A stretch of DNA of 64,000 nucleotides from Acidimicrobiales bacterium (GTDB taxonomy: Bacteria > Actinomycetota > Acidimicrobiia > Acidimicrobiales > GCA-2861595): the NCBI GenBank assembly GCA_046596195.1, contig JBKJNA010000161.1:11311-75310 (forward strand), given 5' to 3'. The notes under the pieces are model-generated. The model saw only the letters and a program-made list of their open reading frames with translations, ran no database searches and was not told where the DNA came from. A program made the translations under genes and the position numbers. Below are positions 59,636 to 64,000 of this stretch, piece after piece (positions within the stretch are counted from its first letter, which is position 1; every line of letters starts with the position of its first letter).

Positions 59636-60028
59636 AGGGTCCCCCCAAAGGTCCAATACCAGCGCTCCGGGCAGACCGGAAGCCCGAGACACGGCGTCTC
59701 GCCGGCCATAGTGCAGGTCTTCCGCAGAGGTGCACTAGGGCCTTTTGGCCCATCTGCGGTCCCAAACCCGACACAACGAGGCCCAGGATCCCCGAACCAC
59801 CCCAGGCCGCCTGTCGATTTGAGCACGGGCCAACGGTCGGTTCAAACACGGAACGAGACGGGCCGTGCACCTCGCGTGGTGGCGAGATAGGTCGAATGAC
59901 CCTTTCTTCTATTACCGCCTCACATCGGGCCCTTCGGCACTACCATCTCAAAGCGTCGTCCACCATCATGGGGCCTACAACCGCCGGAGACATCGGCGGC
60001 AAGCATTTCGGGGGGAAGGGGAGCGACG

Positions 60029-61522
60029 GTGCTAGCCGTGCGCGTGAAGAATTCAGGGGAAGCGGAACGTCCCGATCCGGAGCAATCCGTGTCGTGGGCG
60101 GCGCCCAGACAACCGCGCCTCCGCCGGGTGCTGATCGCCGGTGACGCCGGCGCCATTCTCGCCGCCTGGTCGATCAACCTCGGACCGCTCGGGGGATTCT
60201 CGGGCAGCCCGTCAGCCCGGCTCGCCGTCATCGGCCTGCTCACGTCGGCCAGTCTCGCTCTCATCGCCGGACACCAGCTTTACCTCGCCCGTGTCTGCCG
60301 CCTGCGCACCGTCGAGGTGAGCCGGCTCTTCCGTGTCTCGGCCCTGGTCGGGCTGGGTGTCTACCTGGGCGGCAACCGGCTGCGGGTCGACCTGTCGGTC
60401 CTCGGTGCGGTGGCGGCGGTCGTGGTCATGGCCGTCTCCCTCACCCTGTCCCGCTCCGGGTACAACGCGTGGCTCCGCGGCCACCGTGCCCGCGGCCGTC
60501 ACATCCGGCCCGTCGTCGTCGTGGGGGACCGGGACGATGCCCGTCACCTGGGTGACCTGCTGGAGCGCAACCCGGAGCTCGGCTACACGGTCGTCTCCAG
60601 CGTCGCTCCCACTGCGGATGTCTTCGCCGAGCTCGAGGCCCGCCGCTCCGACACGGTGCTGCTCGCCGCCGGTGCGTTCGGCATCGGCGCACTGAATCAG
60701 CTGTCCCGTGAGCTCCTCGACCGGGGCGTCCACGTCCACCTTTCCAGTGGGCTCAGCGGCATCGACCATCGTCGTCTCCGCGCCCAGCCGATCGCCCGCG
60801 AGCCCATGTTTTACCTGGAGCGGGCCACCACGGCACCTTGGCAGCTGGCGGTCAAGCGCGCTGTCGACATCGTCGGCGGCACGCTCGGCCTCCTGGTGGC
60901 CCTGCCGGTGCTGCTACTCGCAGCCGTCGCCGTCAAGCTCGAGGACCGCGGGCCGATCTTCTTCCGCGCCGTCCGTGTCGGCCGGAACGGCTGCGACTTC
61001 ACGATGTTCAAGCTGCGCACGATGGTGCCCGACGCCGACCGCCAGCTGCACCTGGTGGCCGCTGTCAACGAGCGCACCGGGCCCCTGTTCAAGTCGCACA
61101 ACGACCCCCGCATCACCCGGGTCGGCCGCCTCCTCCGCGCCGCCAGCATCGACGAGCTGCCGCAGCTGCTGAACGTGGTGCTCGGCTCCATGAGCCTCGT
61201 CGGTCCCCGGCCCGCCCTCGCCCACGAGGTGGCCCAGTTCGACGACGAGCTGCGCGGCCGTGAGCGGGTCAAGCCCGGCATCACCGGCCTGTGGCAGATC
61301 GAGGGCCGGGACGACCCGTCCTTCGACGCCTACCGCCGCCTCGACCTGTTCTACGTCGAGAACTGGTCGCTCGAGCTCGACCTGGTGATCCTGCTGGCCA
61401 CGGCCGGCGCCGTGGTCATGCAGGGCATGCGTGAGCTCCGCGGGCAGTGGAAGCCGCGCACCCGTGAGCTGCACATGGTCGACCTCACCACCCCACCCAC
61501 CGCCATCGAAGGGGCCCAGTAG
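60029..61522 (+). CDS. polyprenyl-phosphate sugar phosphotransferase (WbaP/exopolysaccharide priming glycosyltransferase family)
   Basis: 497-aa ORF with N-terminal TM helices and the C-terminal bacterial sugar transferase domain: ..KRAVDIVGGTLGLLVALPVLL...GPIFFRAVRVGRNGCDFTMFKLRTM...DELPQLLNVVLGSMSLVGPRP...PGITGLWQ. Confidence 0.9.
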   Translation: MLAVRVKNSGEAERPDPEQSVSWAAPRQPRLRRVLIAGDAGAILAAWSINLGPLGGFSGSPSARLAVIGLLTSASLALIAGHQLYLARVCRLRTVEVSRLFRVSALVGLGVYLGGNRLRVDLSVLGAVAAVVVMAVSLTLSRSGYNAWLRGHRARGRHIRPVVVVGDRDDARHLGDLLERNPELGYTVVSSVAPTADVFAELEARRSDTVLLAAGAFGIGALNQLSRELLDRGVHVHLSSGLSGIDHRRLRAQPIAREPMFYLERATTAPWQLAVKRAVDIVGGTLGLLVALPVLLLAAVAVKLEDRGPIFFRAVRVGRNGCDFTMFKLRTMVPDADRQLHLVAAVNERTGPLFKSHNDPRITRVGRLLRAASIDELPQLLNVVLGSMSLVGPRPALAHEVAQFDDELRGRERVKPGITGLWQIEGRDDPSFDAYRRLDLFYVENWSLELDLVILLATAGAVVMQGMRELRGQWKPRTRELHMVDLTTPPTAIEGAQ

Positions 61523-62340
61523 TGGCCATCCGGCGTGAGGCACTCTCATCCATGCCGGTGGAGGGTCCCGCCAGGGTCCAGCTCTTCGGGGTCCCAGTCG
61601 ACGCCCTCACTATGGACGAGACGGTCGACAAGGTGCGGCGCATGGTGAGCGAGGGCGGCTCGTACCAGCACGTGTGCGTCAACGCCGCCAAGCTGGTCGA
61701 GGTGGAGCGCGACCCCACGCTGGCCGACATCATCCGCAGCTGCGACCTCGTCAGTGCCGACGGCGCGTCGGTGGTGTGGGCCAGCCGCATACTGGGCCAG
61801 CCGCTTCCCGAGCGCGTCGCCGGCATCGACCTGTTCGAGCGCCTGGTCGGGGCAGCGGCCGCCGACGGCGAGTCCGTGTACTTCCTCGGCGCCCGTCAGC
61901 ACGTGGTGGAGACCGTCGTCGACGTGTTCACGACACGCCATCCCACCATGCGCGTGGCCGGTTTCCATGACGGCTACTGGAGCGACGACGAGGAAGCGGC
62001 GTTGGTGGAGGAGATTCGGGCGGCACGGCCGACCTACCTGTTCCTCGCTATCCCCAGCCCCCGCAAGGAGCGCTGGCTCAACACCTACCGGGAGCGGCTC
62101 GGCATCCCCTTCGTCATGGGTGTCGGAGGGTCGTTCGACGTCGTCTCCGGCAACGTCAGCCGGGCTCCACGGGTTGTGCAGCGCCTCGGCATGGAATGGG
62201 CGTGGCGAGTCGGCCAGGAGCCGCGGCGCATGTGGCGCCGGTACCTCTTCGGCAATGCCGCGTTCCTCTCCATGACGGCAAGGGCGTTCCTGCGCGGAAG
62301 CAGCCCGCGCCGCGCCGGCCGTTTCGCGACCGAACTCTGA
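61522..62340 (+). CDS. WecB/TagA/CpsF family glycosyltransferase
   Basis: 272-aa ORF (the GTG overlaps the upstream stop by 1 nt): ..LFGVPVDALTMDETV...VNAAKLVEVERDP...DLVSADGASVVWASRILG..PERVAGIDL...YFLGARQ... Confidence 0.9.
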   Translation: MAIRREALSSMPVEGPARVQLFGVPVDALTMDETVDKVRRMVSEGGSYQHVCVNAAKLVEVERDPTLADIIRSCDLVSADGASVVWASRILGQPLPERVAGIDLFERLVGAAAADGESVYFLGARQHVVETVVDVFTTRHPTMRVAGFHDGYWSDDEEAALVEEIRAARPTYLFLAIPSPRKERWLNTYRERLGIPFVMGVGGSFDVVSGNVSRAPRVVQRLGMEWAWRVGQEPRRMWRRYLFGNAAFLSMTARAFLRGSSPRRAGRFATEL

Positions 62341-62554
62341 ACCGCGCCCACATCCGCTGTATCGGGGGCGCCGCCGGCGTCTCATCGCATGGACACGCGC
62401 CGGCTTCCTGAGGTGCTTCTGACGCACGGAGTGCTTTTCATCCCATGATCACGCCAATTTCGACCACGCACTGCGAGATCTCGGTACACTTGCGCCTCAT
62501 GCGGCACAAGCGCGGCCTCGGTGGAGCAGGGGGAGCTTGCGGATGGGGGGAACC

Positions 62555-63805
62555 ATGGACGTCCTGACCCTCCTCCGCTTGTTCGGGCGGCACAAGATCG
62601 TCGTCGCGGTCGCATCGCTCCTCACCTTCGTTGCGGTCACCGGCACCTACCTGGCGGCGCCGCCGCTGTACCGCGCCAGCGGCTCGGTGGTCCTCCTCAA
62701 CCCGGCGCCGTTGCCCGAAGCGGCTCCTGACGCGCCGCCGCGCGGGCCCGGGTTCCAGAACCCGATCAAGGACCTCGACGACATGTCCGTAGTGGTCGAC
62801 ATCCTGGCCCGCGTCATGGGCACCTCCGAGGTGGAGGACAAGCTGGTGACCGCAGGCCTGACGGGCACCTACACCATCGGTGCCAACATCGACTTCTACC
62901 GGGGACCCATCATCGACGTCGCTGCGGAAGCCACGTCCGGTCCCGATGCAATCGATACTGCGAAGCGCGTGATGACGGAGGTCGGCGTCCAGTTGGCCAA
63001 GCTGCAGACCGACCAGGGCACCGACCCCTCCTTCCAGATCCGCACCTCCACGGTGGTGCCGCCCGAGCGGGCCACCAAGGTGTTCTCGAGCGCGCTGCGC
63101 CGGCTGATCGGCGCAGGCGCCCTCGGCGTCATCGCCATCATCGGCGCCGCCCTCACGGCCGAGGCCGTCGCCGTGGCCAGGAAGCGCCGGCGGGCGGGGT
63201 CGTCGATCGAGGCCGACAAGCGGATCCACGGGGACGACTACATCGAGGCGCTGCCGCTGGCCATCGAGGCGCCACCGGACACGCTCACCCGCCCACGGGC
63301 CTTGCGTGCCGGCCCGGCTGTCTACACCGCACCGCCGGTCTCCGAGTCGGACTCGTTCGCTCGTGACCAACGCAAGCTCGAGGAGCGGAAGGCCGATGAG
63401 CGCCGGGCCGCCGAGCTCAGGCTCGCGGAACTGAAGGCCGAGGAGCGCCGGGCCGATGAGCGCAGGCTCGAGGAGCGGAACTCCGAGGAGCGGAAGGCCG
63501 ACCGCAGGTCCGAGGAGCGCAGAGCGGACGAGCGCTTGAAGGCCGAGGGGCGCAGCCTGGAGGCGCTGTATGGGGAGGAGCGCAGGATGGAGGAGCGGAA
63601 GGCCGAGGAGCCGCGGCCGACCCTGCGGGAATACCGCCCCGAGGTCGTCCCCGAGATCCACGAGGAGGAGGACGACGACGCTGGCGCGCCCGTCGAGCCC
63701 CGCCCCATCGCCCCCGTCCACCCGTATGTGCAGGCTGTCCGCGCCGTGCGGGAGTCCGAGGACCCGATGGCGGACAAGCAGTTCCCGTCCCGCCGCACCT
63801 CCTGA
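62555..63805 (+). CDS. Wzz-like polysaccharide chain-length determinant protein with a charged repetitive (EERKADERR-type) C-terminal region
   Basis: ATG 62555 (MDVLTLLRLFGRHKIVVAVASLLTFVAVTGTYL..), a periplasmic-type segment and a second TM (LIGAGALGVIAIIGAALTA) give PCP topology. A long Glu/Arg/Lys repeat region follows. Confidence 0.6.
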   Translation: MDVLTLLRLFGRHKIVVAVASLLTFVAVTGTYLAAPPLYRASGSVVLLNPAPLPEAAPDAPPRGPGFQNPIKDLDDMSVVVDILARVMGTSEVEDKLVTAGLTGTYTIGANIDFYRGPIIDVAAEATSGPDAIDTAKRVMTEVGVQLAKLQTDQGTDPSFQIRTSTVVPPERATKVFSSALRRLIGAGALGVIAIIGAALTAEAVAVARKRRRAGSSIEADKRIHGDDYIEALPLAIEAPPDTLTRPRALRAGPAVYTAPPVSESDSFARDQRKLEERKADERRAAELRLAELKAEERRADERRLEERNSEERKADRRSEERRADERLKAEGRSLEALYGEERRMEERKAEEPRPTLREYRPEVVPEIHEEEDDDAGAPVEPRPIAPVHPYVQAVRAVRESEDPMADKQFPSRRTS

Positions 63806-63825
63806 CTGAACGTACGGGTCAACAC

Positions 63826-64000
63826 ATGGGTGCAGCGCCGGCCGCCGCAGTGAAGAAGCGTCCCCGGCGGTGGCTCGATGCGGTCGGCCTCCTGCGCATG
63901 GAGGCCCTGCTCCTCGGCGTGCTACCCGCCGGCCTTGTGTTCGGGCCGCTCGGCGGCGTCGGTTCTCCGGCCAGGGTGCTCGGCATGCTGCTCTTCCTCC
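63826..64000 (+). CDS. membrane protein, N-terminal fragment (possibly O-antigen ligase/polymerase-like), running out of the window
   Basis: ATG 63826, open to the window end. Translation MGAAPAAAVKKRPRRWLDAVGLLRMEALLLGVLPAGLVFGPLGGVGSPARVLGMLLFL. The polysaccharide-locus context supports the call. Not in the ORF track because it has no stop in the window. Confidence 0.4.
   Translation, partial: MGAAPAAAVKKRPRRWLDAVGLLRMEALLLGVLPAGLVFGPLGGVGSPARVLGMLLFL

Noticed and set aside
63371-63615. CRISPR-like or non-coding tandem repeat array.
   Set aside because: The repeats are imperfect, in-frame and translate to a continuous charged peptide inside a well-supported ORF. No repeat-spacer organisation occurs anywhere in the window.

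Overview
Densely coding, very GC-rich chromosomal segment (about 70% GC by eye). Gene content and codon bias look actinobacterial, possibly Acidimicrobiia-like; that placement is inference only. Many long alternative-frame ORFs in the track are Arg/Pro/Gly-rich GC artefacts and were discarded.

Supported content, in order:
- hutI 3' end, a MazG-like gene, and asd-ask.
- Two cyclophilins, an S51 peptidase, and a degenerate GGDEF protein.
- Two tandem BNR/sialidase-like propeller paralogs.
- Acyl-CoA carboxylase beta plus epsilon subunits, aat, a 5'-3' exonuclease, an ATP-dependent DNA ligase, and methylmalonyl-CoA epimerase.
- A decayed TnpB (IS200/IS605-type) remnant.
- A translationally coupled envelope operon downstream of ffs-dnaX-ybaB-recR, then tRNA-Ser.
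- A MoxR-DUF58-transglutaminase-like-DUF4129 module.
- A minus-strand block carrying a tandem pseudokinase/kinase, one WXG100 gene, an FHA-HTH protein and an EssC/EccC-like triple-ATPase (beta-grasp plus FHA N-terminus), with a stand-alone multi-PASTA protein on the opposite strand.
- A BBE-like FAD oxidase and hrpB.
- An Lrp-controlled Phe/Tyr (homogentisate) catabolic cluster, then FKBP and BI-1.
- tRNA-Gly and tRNA-Pro flanked by decayed accessory genes: a Fic fragment, a frameshifted HigB with intact HigA, and a doubly frameshifted DUF5995.
- A P450 / membrane protein / DyP peroxidase operon and a secreted Calx-beta protein.
- The start of a polysaccharide locus: priming phosphotransferase, WecB/TagA, a Wzz-like protein, and a partial polymerase/ligase-like gene.

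Most noteworthy:
1. The non-canonical WXG100/EssC-like secretion and signalling neighbourhood at 28.1-39.9 kb, which has no EccB/D/E or MycP in the window.
2. A 43-nt AT-rich perfect palindrome present three times at gene 3' ends; one copy supplies the stop codons of both convergent genes and carries a compensatory base-pair change.
3. The overlapping three-gene haem-enzyme cassette.

All calls rest on reading the translations and sequence by eye; no database searches were run.
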